A stretch of 62,569 nucleotides of DNA from Terriglobales bacterium. GTDB lineage: Bacteria; Acidobacteriota; Terriglobia; Terriglobales; Acidobacteriaceae. The notes beneath the pieces were generated by a model. That model saw only the letters and a list, made by a program, of their open reading frames with translations. It did no database searches and had not been told where the DNA came from. The stretch is from the NCBI GenBank assembly GCA_036770325.1, contig DAIPJJ010000002.1:1-62569 (forward strand), written 5' to 3'. Position 1 is the stretch's first letter, and each line of letters opens with the position of its first letter. Positions 53,523 to 61,932 of the stretch are shown here, one piece after another. A program made the position numbers and the translations under genes.

Positions 53523-55946
53523 ATGCAGTTTACTGAACAATTCGATGTTGTTGTCGTCGGAGCCGGACATGCCGGTTGCGAGGCCGCCGTCGCCTGCGCG
53601 CGCATGGGCCTGAAGACTGCGCTCTACACACTCAATGTCGATCTCATCGCCCAAATGTCGTGCAATCCGGCTGTGGGTGGCATCGCCAAGGGGCACCTCG
53701 TCCGCGAGGTGGATGCCCTCGGCGGCATCATGGGAGAAGTCACAGACGCGGTCGGCATTCAGTTTCGCTTGCTTAACACTTCGCGCGGCCCGGCGGTCTG
53801 GTCTCCGCGGGCGCAGTGTGACAAGCAAGCCTATCGCCTGAAGATGCGCGAGGTTCTCGAATCGCAGCCCAATCTGAAGATCAAGCAGGCGGAAGTGGCG
53901 GATCTGATCGTGGAGACTAGCCAACAGCCATCAGCCATGAGCCGTCAGCAAGAACGGGAAGGGCACGACTTCAGTCGTGCCGATAGTGGTCGCGAAGAGA
54001 ACAAGGCAGCTCTAGCTGCGCAGGATTTCATCGACGACCACCGCCGAGTTCTCGGCATCACGCTGCGCGACGGCCGCACCGTAGGCGCCAAGGCCGTGAT
54101 CATCACCACGGGGACCTTCCTCAATGGGCTGATTCATTGCGGCGAGCAGCAATATCCCGCGGGCCGCTCCGGTGAGCCCAATGCCGTTCTGCTCGGCGAA
54201 TCCCTCAAGAAGCTCGGTCTCCGCGGATGCCGTTTGAAGACCGGAACTCCGCCGCGGCTCGATGGCAGAACTATCGACTGGTCGAAATTCCAGGTCCAGC
54301 CCGGAGATCCCGATCCCACGCCGTTCAGCTTCCGCACGAAACGTGTCGCGCATCACGACTCGCAAGTACCGTGCTACATCGCCTGGACTACGCCGGAAAC
54401 GCATCGCATCATTCACGAAAATGTTCACCGCTCACCGATGTACAGCGGCCAGATACAGTCGATCGGCCCGCGCTATTGTCCTTCGATCGAAGACAAAATC
54501 GTCAAATTTCCGGACAAGACGACGCATCAGCTCTTCCTTGAGCCCGAAGGCCTGAACACGCACGAGATTTATGTAAATGGGATGAGCACCTCACTGCCGG
54601 TGGAAGTGCAATTGGCGATCTTGAAGTCCGTTCCCGGGCTCGAAACCGCTGAGATGCTGCGCCCGGGCTATGCGATCGAGTACGACGCCATCGATCCGAC
54701 CGAACTCGAGCGCACGCTCGAAACCAAGAAAATTGCTGGATTGTTTCTCGGCGGCCAGATCAACGGCACCTCCGGATATGAAGAGGCCGCTTGCCAGGGA
54801 TTGATGGCCGGGATCAACGCGGGACTGAAAGTAAAGAACCAGCCGCCGCTGATTCTCGACCGCACAGAAGCCTATACGGCAATTTTGATTGATGACCTGA
54901 TTTCGAAAGGCACAAACGAGCCTTATCGCATGTTTACCTCGCGCGCGGAATTTCGCCTGCACCTGCGGATTGATAACGCCGACCGCCGCCTTACCCCGCA
55001 CGGCCGCCGCGTGGGATTGATTTCCGATGAGGCCTGGTCGGATTTTTTGGCCAAGCAGGAACGCCAGCAGCGTATGAAAGAGCTGCTGGAGAAAACGAAG
55101 CTGACTACGGCAATGCTGGAGAGCATTCAGCACTCAGCATTCAGCACTCAGGAATCGTCATTGGCCCCTTCGGCGCTCCGCTCCTCAGGGCAAGCTAAGA
55201 ACGGTCGTTCGTCGTTGGCCAATCAGCGCAAGATTGCTGATAGCGACTCTGCTCTGGAACGAAAGCACGACCGGGAAGGGCACGAGTTTACTCGTGCCGA
55301 AAACGTAGACGTAGATGATGCGGCTTCAGCCGCTCAGGGCACTAGAACCGATCTGACCTCGGCCCTCGGCCAGCCGCTTGCGCAGTTGCTCAAACGCCCA
55401 GAGATCACGATTGAGCATCTGGTTCCCGTTCTCCGCAAGCTTGTGCCGGAGCTCTTTAGACCCTCAGCGGCTAAAGCCGAGAATTCCAGTCACGCTGGTT
55501 CGGCACGACTGAAGTCGTGCCCTTCCCGATCCGTAGATGATCCGGGTTCGTTGTGGCCCGACCAATCAGAAAACCGAGGCTCACCGATAGACAATCAAGC
55601 TCTTGCCAACGACCAACGACCAACGGCCCACGGCGCCTTGCCTTCTTCCATCCGCAATGAACTCAAGTCCGTCGAAACTGAGATCAAATACGAAGGCTAT
55701 CTCCAGCAGCAGCAGCGCGCCATTGAGCGCCTGAAAAAAGCCGAGCAGCGCAACATACCCGAGTGGTTCGACTACCGCTCCGTCAGCGGCCTCTCGCGCG
55801 AAATGCAGGAGAAGCTCACCAAAATCCGCCCGCGCACTCTCGGATACGCTTCGCGCATCCCCGGCGTCACGCCCGCGGCCGTATCACTCGTAAATGTGTA
55901 CATCGAGATTCAGGCCAAGCGCCGCGAACAAGTGGCGGCGATTTAA
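53523..55946 (+). CDS. mnmG: tRNA uridine 5-carboxymethylaminomethyl modification enzyme MnmG (GidA)
   Basis: FAD motif [14 protein letters not shown], plus [32 protein letters not shown] and the C-terminal [12 protein letters not shown] prefer the ATG at 53523. The in-frame TTG at 53376 begins a duplicated copy of the first 20 codons. The protein carries three long non-homologous inserts. Confidence 0.92.
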   Translation: MQFTEQFDVVVVGAGHAGCEAAVACARMGLKTALYTLNVDLIAQMSCNPAVGGIAKGHLVREVDALGGIMGEVTDAVGIQFRLLNTSRGPAVWSPRAQCDKQAYRLKMREVLESQPNLKIKQAEVADLIVETSQQPSAMSRQQEREGHDFSRADSGREENKAALAAQDFIDDHRRVLGITLRDGRTVGAKAVIITTGTFLNGLIHCGEQQYPAGRSGEPNAVLLGESLKKLGLRGCRLKTGTPPRLDGRTIDWSKFQVQPGDPDPTPFSFRTKRVAHHDSQVPCYIAWTTPETHRIIHENVHRSPMYSGQIQSIGPRYCPSIEDKIVKFPDKTTHQLFLEPEGLNTHEIYVNGMSTSLPVEVQLAILKSVPGLETAEMLRPGYAIEYDAIDPTELERTLETKKIAGLFLGGQINGTSGYEEAACQGLMAGINAGLKVKNQPPLILDRTEAYTAILIDDLISKGTNEPYRMFTSRAEFRLHLRIDNADRRLTPHGRRVGLISDEAWSDFLAKQERQQRMKELLEKTKLTTAMLESIQHSAFSTQESSLAPSALRSSGQAKNGRSSLANQRKIADSDSALERKHDREGHEFTRAENVDVDDAASAAQGTRTDLTSALGQPLAQLLKRPEITIEHLVPVLRKLVPELFRPSAAKAENSSHAGSARLKSCPSRSVDDPGSLWPDQSENRGSPIDNQALANDQRPTAHGALPSSIRNELKSVETEIKYEGYLQQQQRAIERLKKAEQRNIPEWFDYRSVSGLSREMQEKLTKIRPRTLGYASRIPGVTPAAVSLVNVYIEIQAKRREQVAAI

Positions 55947-55997
55947 GCGCCTTTTCTCTTCACTTCAGCTCACGCCAGAGTTAAGCTTGGCGCACCT

Positions 55998-58850
55998 ATG
56001 TTCCGCAGTTTGCTTTTCGGGTGTCTGGTATTTGCCTGCACCGCTGCAGCCCAAGAGGGATGCCCGTTGGCTCCGTCGCTGGAAAAGCCATCCTCGACTG
56101 AAAACATGTTTTCTGACGCCCAGGAAGTCGATCTCGGCGATGCCATGGCCGAAACTATCGCGCTGCATGTGAATGTCATTCAGGATGAGGGGCCCACGGC
56201 GCATTTGCGAGACTTGGGCATGCGGCTTGTGCAACACCTTCCACCCACTCATCTGAATTTTCGCTTTTATCTCGCCGATTTACCGGAGGTGAACGCCTTC
56301 AGCATCGCCGGCGGAAGAGTCTACGTGAGCCGCAAACTTGTCGCCTTCGTGCAGAGCGATGATGAGCTTGCCGGCGTTCTCGCCCATGAACTCGGGCACA
56401 TCGTTACTCACCAGACTGCTCTCGAAATGACGCACGCTTTTCGCGAACTAGGTGTTACCCACGTCAGCGACCGCGCTGATATTTTTCGGAGGTTCCATGA
56501 GTATGTAGAAAACGCCTCAGGCACTCGCCGAAGCAAGAGGCATGGCGAAGAGCGAGACCAACTGCAGGCGGACCAGATTGCTATTTACGCGGCGGCGCGA
56601 GCAGGGTTCCCGCCGCAAGCGATGATTGAGTTTTGGGACCGCTTTAACGAGTTGCATGGTAAAACCGGCAGTTGGTGGTCAGATATGTTCGGCACCACCA
56701 CTCCCCAGGAACACCGCCTTCGCGAGATGCTCAAGAATACCGCCGCCCTTCCTTCCTCCTGTGTAGATCATCGCTCCGAAACAGGCGAAGCGAGCTTTCG
56801 GCTGTGGCAAGAAGAAGTAGTCGGTTTCGATGATTCTCAACACGCAGAGTCGCTGCCGGGGCTGATCGAAAAGAAAAAGCTGACAAACAGGCTCCGGTCG
56901 GAATTCACCAACTTGCGTTTCAGTCCTGATGGAAAATACATCCTGGCGCAGGATGATGGCGGAATCAATGTTCTCTCGCGTGAGCCGTTTGCGTTTCTGT
57001 TCTATATCCCGGCGCCCGATGCTCACGATGCGCACTTCTCGCCGGACTCGAGCCTGATCGTTTTTCATACCCAAGGCTTGCGGGTTGAAACTTGGGCCGT
57101 CGGTGACCGAAAGCGAAGATCCGTGCATGAAATTACCCTTCGAGAAGCCTGCATGCAAACCGACCTTTCTCTCGACGGCAACACGCTCGCATGCCTTGAT
57201 TCACAATTCTCGCTTTTACTGGTCAACGTCGCAGACAGCACAGTCCTCTACCGCCAACAAAAATTTTTCGCGCCTTCGCTTTCGGAACTTGTCACCTTAC
57301 TCTTTGGCAGAGTTGCGGCTCCATCAGACAATGCGGATTCCGGCGCTCCGGCCGACGCTTTGCGGTTTATCAATGTGGAGTTCTCACCTGACGGCAAGTT
57401 CCTGCTTGCCAGTCATGGAGTCGCGCATTTCGAGTCCGGCATCTTGGGCGGACAACCGGTGGCTGCGCCAACCTCCGTGTTGCTTTACGACCTTGCGAAT
57501 CGCCACCCGGTTAGCGTTCCTGGATCAATAAAGAACATCGTTGGGACGAGTTTCGCGTTCGTCGGCCCAGACAAGATCGTCGGCATAAACGCAACTTCGC
57601 CCCAAAAATCTCCCGTGTTGAAATTTCCTTCAGGAGAAAAGGTTGAAGAAGTTCAGTTGGGAGTGGACATTAGTTTGCGCGGTGCCACTCGCGGGGATTT
57701 CTTGTTCGTTGGTCCTCTTAAAGACTATCCGCTCGGGATACTTGATCTGGCTTCCAGGCACATTGACGTCGAAATCAAACAGAAGACTGCTGATATGTAT
57801 GACGGCGTTTTTCTTACCGAAAGGGTCAATGGTGAACTCGCGCTGCACATGAAGGAGGCCCCTGCTCCCCTTGCGGTCGCGCGCATCCCGGAATCTGGAA
57901 TCGGCAAGATCAAAGCTGCGGCCGTTTCTTCCGACCTGAATTATCTGGCAATTTCCACGCGCAGCCGCGGCGTGCTTTGGGATATTTCGCATGACACGCG
58001 CGTCTTCTACACGCGTGCTTTCACCGGTGCTGGTGTCGATTCTTCGGCCCTGTACGCGGATTTTCCAAAGTTTGAAGCAAATCCCCGCCAGTTGGTTCGC
58101 CTTCACTTCGACCGTTCTCCTCCCGGAATAGCAGACGTCAAGGAACGGCTTGTAGTGCAACACGGACTGTTCTTGACCGAAATCAAGCCACGAAATAGGA
58201 ACGGAACGCCTTGGTCAGATGCTGACCTTCAGATCGAAGATCTTGCAAGCGGGAACGTGCTGTGGTCGCGGCACTTCAATAAAGATATGCCAACTGTAAA
58301 TTTCACTCCGCAGGCGGCTTCGGTTTTATTGTGGTGGCGCATGTTTCAGCCAGGCGCACAAGCCGAACTTCACAATTTGCCCGAGTTGAAGACCTCGTAT
58401 GGCAAAGACGACTATCTTTGCGAAGTCGCCGATGCCCACGTCGGCGGCCTGATGGGCTACTTCATTGCAAAAACCAAAGGTGGCTCTCTGCGCTTCCTGA
58501 ACGGCACCGCAAATCGGAATTGGGCGGTGTTAGAGGCAACTGGAGATCAGGACGTGGTCTATACCCTCCCAATGGGAGAGGAAAAATCTCACTTCTTCGG
58601 CACCCATCCCATCATTTCTTCCCTTGGATTGCTTGCGCTGGAAACGGGTAAACGAGAAGTTGCGGTATACGACGTGACCACCTCAGATGAATTTCAGCAT
58701 TACACCTTCGCTGAACCCGTTGCCTTCAAAGCATTTTCTGCGGATGGAGCCACGCTGCTTGTCTTCACAAATGATCAAACGGTTTATTTGCTCGACATGA
58801 AAAGGCCTTCGCCGGCTCAAAGCGTGGCAGGCGCCACTCCGGTGCACTGA
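55998..58850 (+). CDS. secreted M48 family metallopeptidase fused to a long beta-propeller-like region
   Basis: 950 aa with a signal peptide, the zinc motif LAHELGHIV in an M48-like N-terminal domain, then about 650 aa of repetitive beta-strand-rich sequence (FSPDGKYIL, FSPDSSLIV and FSPDGKFLL repeats). Confidence 0.8.
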   Translation: MFRSLLFGCLVFACTAAAQEGCPLAPSLEKPSSTENMFSDAQEVDLGDAMAETIALHVNVIQDEGPTAHLRDLGMRLVQHLPPTHLNFRFYLADLPEVNAFSIAGGRVYVSRKLVAFVQSDDELAGVLAHELGHIVTHQTALEMTHAFRELGVTHVSDRADIFRRFHEYVENASGTRRSKRHGEERDQLQADQIAIYAAARAGFPPQAMIEFWDRFNELHGKTGSWWSDMFGTTTPQEHRLREMLKNTAALPSSCVDHRSETGEASFRLWQEEVVGFDDSQHAESLPGLIEKKKLTNRLRSEFTNLRFSPDGKYILAQDDGGINVLSREPFAFLFYIPAPDAHDAHFSPDSSLIVFHTQGLRVETWAVGDRKRRSVHEITLREACMQTDLSLDGNTLACLDSQFSLLLVNVADSTVLYRQQKFFAPSLSELVTLLFGRVAAPSDNADSGAPADALRFINVEFSPDGKFLLASHGVAHFESGILGGQPVAAPTSVLLYDLANRHPVSVPGSIKNIVGTSFAFVGPDKIVGINATSPQKSPVLKFPSGEKVEEVQLGVDISLRGATRGDFLFVGPLKDYPLGILDLASRHIDVEIKQKTADMYDGVFLTERVNGELALHMKEAPAPLAVARIPESGIGKIKAAAVSSDLNYLAISTRSRGVLWDISHDTRVFYTRAFTGAGVDSSALYADFPKFEANPRQLVRLHFDRSPPGIADVKERLVVQHGLFLTEIKPRNRNGTPWSDADLQIEDLASGNVLWSRHFNKDMPTVNFTPQAASVLLWWRMFQPGAQAELHNLPELKTSYGKDDYLCEVADAHVGGLMGYFIAKTKGGSLRFLNGTANRNWAVLEATGDQDVVYTLPMGEEKSHFFGTHPIISSLGLLALETGKREVAVYDVTTSDEFQHYTFAEPVAFKAFSADGATLLVFTNDQTVYLLDMKRPSPAQSVAGATPVH

Positions 58851-58997
58851 CATTGCTGTGGGAACGTAGCTACAGGGCCCTTCGATCAGAGATTCAAGCG
58901 CGCCGCCGCGAGCAAGTAGCCGCGATCTAAGGCACGACATTCATGTCCGAAAACGGCCAGTCATTTTCGGCTGGTTGCGTTATCGTAAGCCTTAGCC

Positions 58998-60548
58998 ATG
59001 TTGATTGACGCTGCAACCTGCTCGCGCGCACGGTTCACCCGTGATCCCCGTTTCGACGGACGCTTCTTCATCGGCGTTCTGACGACGCGCATCTACTGCC
59101 GCCCGATTTGTCCAGCGCGCCCGCCCAAAGAAGAAAACGTGCGCTACTTTGCGACCGCCGCAGCCGCCGCCGAAGCTGGACTGCGCCCATGCTTGCGTTG
59201 TCGCCCGGAAGGCGCCCCGGGCACCCCGGCGTGGTCGGGAACGTCGGCTACGGTTTCCCGAGCTCTGCGCTTAATCAGTGAAAGCGCGCTCGAGGACGGC
59301 GGCGTAGAGACATTGTCGTCGCGACTTGGAATTGGTTCGCGTCATCTGCGCCGGTTGTTCTTGCAGCATCTTGGTGCGAGTCCCGTGACCGTTGCTCAGA
59401 CTCGCCGTCTCCACTTTGCAAAGAGGCTGTTAAACGAAACACAGTTGCCGATGCATCAGATTGCGCTGGCATCCGGCTTCGGCAGCGTGCGCCGTTTCAA
59501 CGCTTGCTTTCAGAAGACCTATGGCCGCGCTCCCAGCCAGTTGCGCAAGCTCGGGGCGAACCGTATGCGTGTTCCTGCAGACGAATACCGCTTCTCGCTG
59601 CGCTTCCGCCCGCCGTTCTGCTGGGATGCGTTGCTGGAGTTTCTCGCGCCACGTGCGACGCCCGGAGTTGAGCTGGTTGATAGAGGCACTTACCGCCGCA
59701 CAATTTTTCTCCAGGGTAAGTCGGGATGGATGGATGTCGCGCTCGACTCTGACGCAAACGCTCTCGACGTTCGCATCCACTATCCGCAGCCGCGCTGGCT
59801 GTTCTTAATTGTTGAACGGGTGCGCGCAATGTTCGATTTGGCCGCCGATCCCGAAAGTTTCATGCGCCATTTCCGCCGCGACCCGCTGCTCGGGCCGAGA
59901 ATCGCGAGCAGGCCCGGCCTGCGGGTTCCCGGCTCCTGGGATGGCTTCGAATTGGCAGTGCGCGCGGTACTTGGGCAGCAGGTGACGGTCCGCGGCGCGA
60001 CGACGCTTGCCGGAAGGCTGGTGCGCGAATTCGGAAGCAACATCGATGGCGCTCCGGGACTGACGCATCTCTTCCCCACGCCCGAGAAAATCGCCGACTC
60101 CGATCTTTCACGCATCGGACTGCCGCGAGCGCGGGCCAATACATTACGTTCGCTCGCACGCGCAGTGATCGATGGGCAGATCTGTTTTGCGGGCGTAGTG
60201 AACCCCGAAGAATTCATCAGCCGTTTCTGCCAGATTCCCGGAATCGGCGGGTGGACCGCACAATACGTCGCCATGCGCGCTCTCTCCGAGCCGGATGCGT
60301 TTCCCGCCAGCGACCTCGGGTTGTTACATGCCGCCGGCCTGCGCAATGCTCGTGAAATGCAAACTCGAGCCGAAGCTTGGCGTCCGTGGCGCGCGTACGC
60401 CGCAATGTATTTGTGGCAGGCAAGCGCCCAGCAGGTAAAAGCAAGACACGTAGTTCCGATCCGACTAGCCTCGAAGAAAGGATCCAATCATGCAAACGTC
60501 ATTTACTCAAATCGAAAGCCCGCTCGGACCGCTGCTACTGGCCTCTGA
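58998..60548 (+). CDS. bifunctional Ada-like regulator / DNA-3-methyladenine glycosylase II (Ada Zn-domain + AraC HTH + AlkA)
   Basis: 516 aa with the Ada zinc-binding Cys cluster (CRPICPAR...CLRCRP) and an AraC-type HTH (IALASGFGSVRRFNACFQKTYGRAPS). It also has an AlkA N-terminal domain and an HhH-GPD region (GIGGWTAQYVAMRAL). The non-conserved tail overlaps ogt by 59 nt. Confidence 0.85.
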   Translation: MLIDAATCSRARFTRDPRFDGRFFIGVLTTRIYCRPICPARPPKEENVRYFATAAAAAEAGLRPCLRCRPEGAPGTPAWSGTSATVSRALRLISESALEDGGVETLSSRLGIGSRHLRRLFLQHLGASPVTVAQTRRLHFAKRLLNETQLPMHQIALASGFGSVRRFNACFQKTYGRAPSQLRKLGANRMRVPADEYRFSLRFRPPFCWDALLEFLAPRATPGVELVDRGTYRRTIFLQGKSGWMDVALDSDANALDVRIHYPQPRWLFLIVERVRAMFDLAADPESFMRHFRRDPLLGPRIASRPGLRVPGSWDGFELAVRAVLGQQVTVRGATTLAGRLVREFGSNIDGAPGLTHLFPTPEKIADSDLSRIGLPRARANTLRSLARAVIDGQICFAGVVNPEEFISRFCQIPGIGGWTAQYVAMRALSEPDAFPASDLGLLHAAGLRNAREMQTRAEAWRPWRAYAAMYLWQASAQQVKARHVVPIRLASKKGSNHANVIYSNRKPARTAATGL

Positions 60549-60978
60549 CGGCGAAGGTTTGCGCGAAATTCAATTCGCCAATGGACGCCATTCCGCGCAC
60601 GCAAAACCTGAGTGGCGTGAAGATTCCGCCGCTTTGAAGCAAGCGATCGATCAGCTTCGCGCATACTTTGCCGGAGAGTTGAAGGAGTTCGATCTTCCTC
60701 TTGCGCCGCAGGGCACGCCGTTCCAGCAAAAGGTCTGGGGCGATCTTTGCAAAATTCCTTACGGCGAGACCATCTCTTACGGCGAACTGGCCCGCCGCAT
60801 TGGCAATCCGAACGCCAGCCGCGCCGTCGGCCTTGCCAACGGATCGAATCCCATTCCCATCATCATTCCGTGCCACCGCGTGATCGGCTCGAACGGCAAG
60901 CTCACGGGCTACGGCGGCGGCTTGCCAATCAAAGAAAAGCTGCTGGCACTAGAGAAGCGGCAGTTGCGGCTGCTGTAG
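60490..60978 (+). CDS. ogt: methylated-DNA--protein-cysteine methyltransferase
   Basis: 162 aa with the active site IIIPCHRVIG, and YGELARRIGNPNASRAVGLANGSNP. The SD is aaagga. Confidence 0.93.
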   Translation: MQTSFTQIESPLGPLLLASDGEGLREIQFANGRHSAHAKPEWREDSAALKQAIDQLRAYFAGELKEFDLPLAPQGTPFQQKVWGDLCKIPYGETISYGELARRIGNPNASRAVGLANGSNPIPIIIPCHRVIGSNGKLTGYGGGLPIKEKLLALEKRQLRLL

Positions 60979-61100
60979 AGCCGGTAAGTAGGGGATACCG
61001 CCGGGAGATCCCAACGCGAAAGTTTCGGCGCAGATAATTCGGCGCGACGAAGAAGACGCCCGCCAGAGATGGGCTTCGAAGCCGCAGGACAAGTGGTGAA

Positions 61101-61235
61101 GGGTGCCCCGTCCTTGTCTCGCGATTTGTGCGAGACAGGGCGGGGATTTTGACTCTTGATTCATCGTGGAAGACCTAAACCCGAAGTCAAAGTCCCCACC
61201 CTGTCGCAAAGTGCGCGACAAGGATGTGGCACCCT
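61101..61235. repeat. inverted pair of RAYT-associated REP elements
   Basis: 61101-61156 (gggtgccccgtccttgtctcgcgatttgtgcgagacagggcggggattttgac) is roughly the reverse complement of 61184-61235 (aagtcaaagtccccaccctgtcgcaaagtgcgcgacaaggatgtggcaccc). Each unit contains its own hairpin (ccctgtcgc...gcgacaagg). Confidence 0.8.
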
Positions 61236-61338
61236 AAAGTTCTTAGATATTCAGAGGTGAAATCGTCCACAGTTGGCTCCCTCATGGGGATGTTCATTCG
61301 TCACAGACATGCAGAGCTGGTGAGTCTAACGTCTGTAC

Positions 61339-61911
61339 ATGCCTTGGAGTCTCAAGCGGTTTCAACAAGCACGATGTCTGCACTTCATCACGTTTAGTTG
61401 TCGTCATCGCGAACCGTTACTCGGAACGCCCGAGTCACGTGACATGTTCGAGATCACGTTCGAACAAGTTCGGCGGTGGTACGAATTTTACGTTCGTGGA
61501 TACGTCGTGATGCCCGAGCACGTTCACCTGCTGATCAGTGAGCCGAAACGCGCAAAACTCTCGACTGCTCTACAGATGATCAAACAGAACGTAGCACGGG
61601 AACTGCGCCTTCCTGAGGGCAATCCGTTCTGGCAAGAGCGGTACTACGATTTCAATGTGTGGAGTGAGACGAAGCGCGTCGAGAAGTTACGGTACATTCA
61701 TCGCAATCCGGTGCGGCGAGGTTTGGTTGCAAGGCCGGAAGATTGGAAGTGGAGCAGCTTTCGACATTACGCGACTGGAGCTGAGGGAGTGGTCGAGATT
61801 GAATCGGAGTGGACGGTCAGGAAACGGGAGCGGATCACTTCTGTAAACCAAAGTCAAAATCCCCGCCCTGTCGCAAAGAACGCGACAAGGACGGGGCACC
61901 CTCGAAATTAG
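61339..61911 (+). CDS. REP-associated tyrosine transposase (RAYT; IS200/IS605 TnpA-like Y1 transposase)
   Basis: 190 aa with the HUH motif PEHVHLLISEP and the catalytic Tyr context LRYIHRNPVRRGLV. The N-terminus CLHFITFSCRHREPLL is typical of RAYTs. The 3' end runs into a REP copy. Confidence 0.85.
   Translation: MPWSLKRFQQARCLHFITFSCRHREPLLGTPESRDMFEITFEQVRRWYEFYVRGYVVMPEHVHLLISEPKRAKLSTALQMIKQNVARELRLPEGNPFWQERYYDFNVWSETKRVEKLRYIHRNPVRRGLVARPEDWKWSSFRHYATGAEGVVEIESEWTVRKRERITSVNQSQNPRPVAKNATRTGHPRN
61850..61901 (+). repeat. RAYT-associated REP element (downstream copy)
   Basis: aaagtcaaaatccccgccctgtcgcaaagaacgcgacaaggacggggcaccc has the same family and orientation as 61184-61235. It is inverted relative to 61101-61156, so the transposase gene is bracketed by inverted REPs. 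Confidence 0.8.
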
Positions 61912-61932
61912 TATTCTTATCAAACCGCATTC

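Noticed and set aside
59780-60487. 235-aa minus-strand ORF, and the 227-aa minus-strand ORF at 61687-62370
   Set aside because: They are antisense to the ada-alkA gene and to the RAYT and exonuclease genes respectively. Their translations are Arg/Ala-rich with no motifs. They are shadow ORFs.
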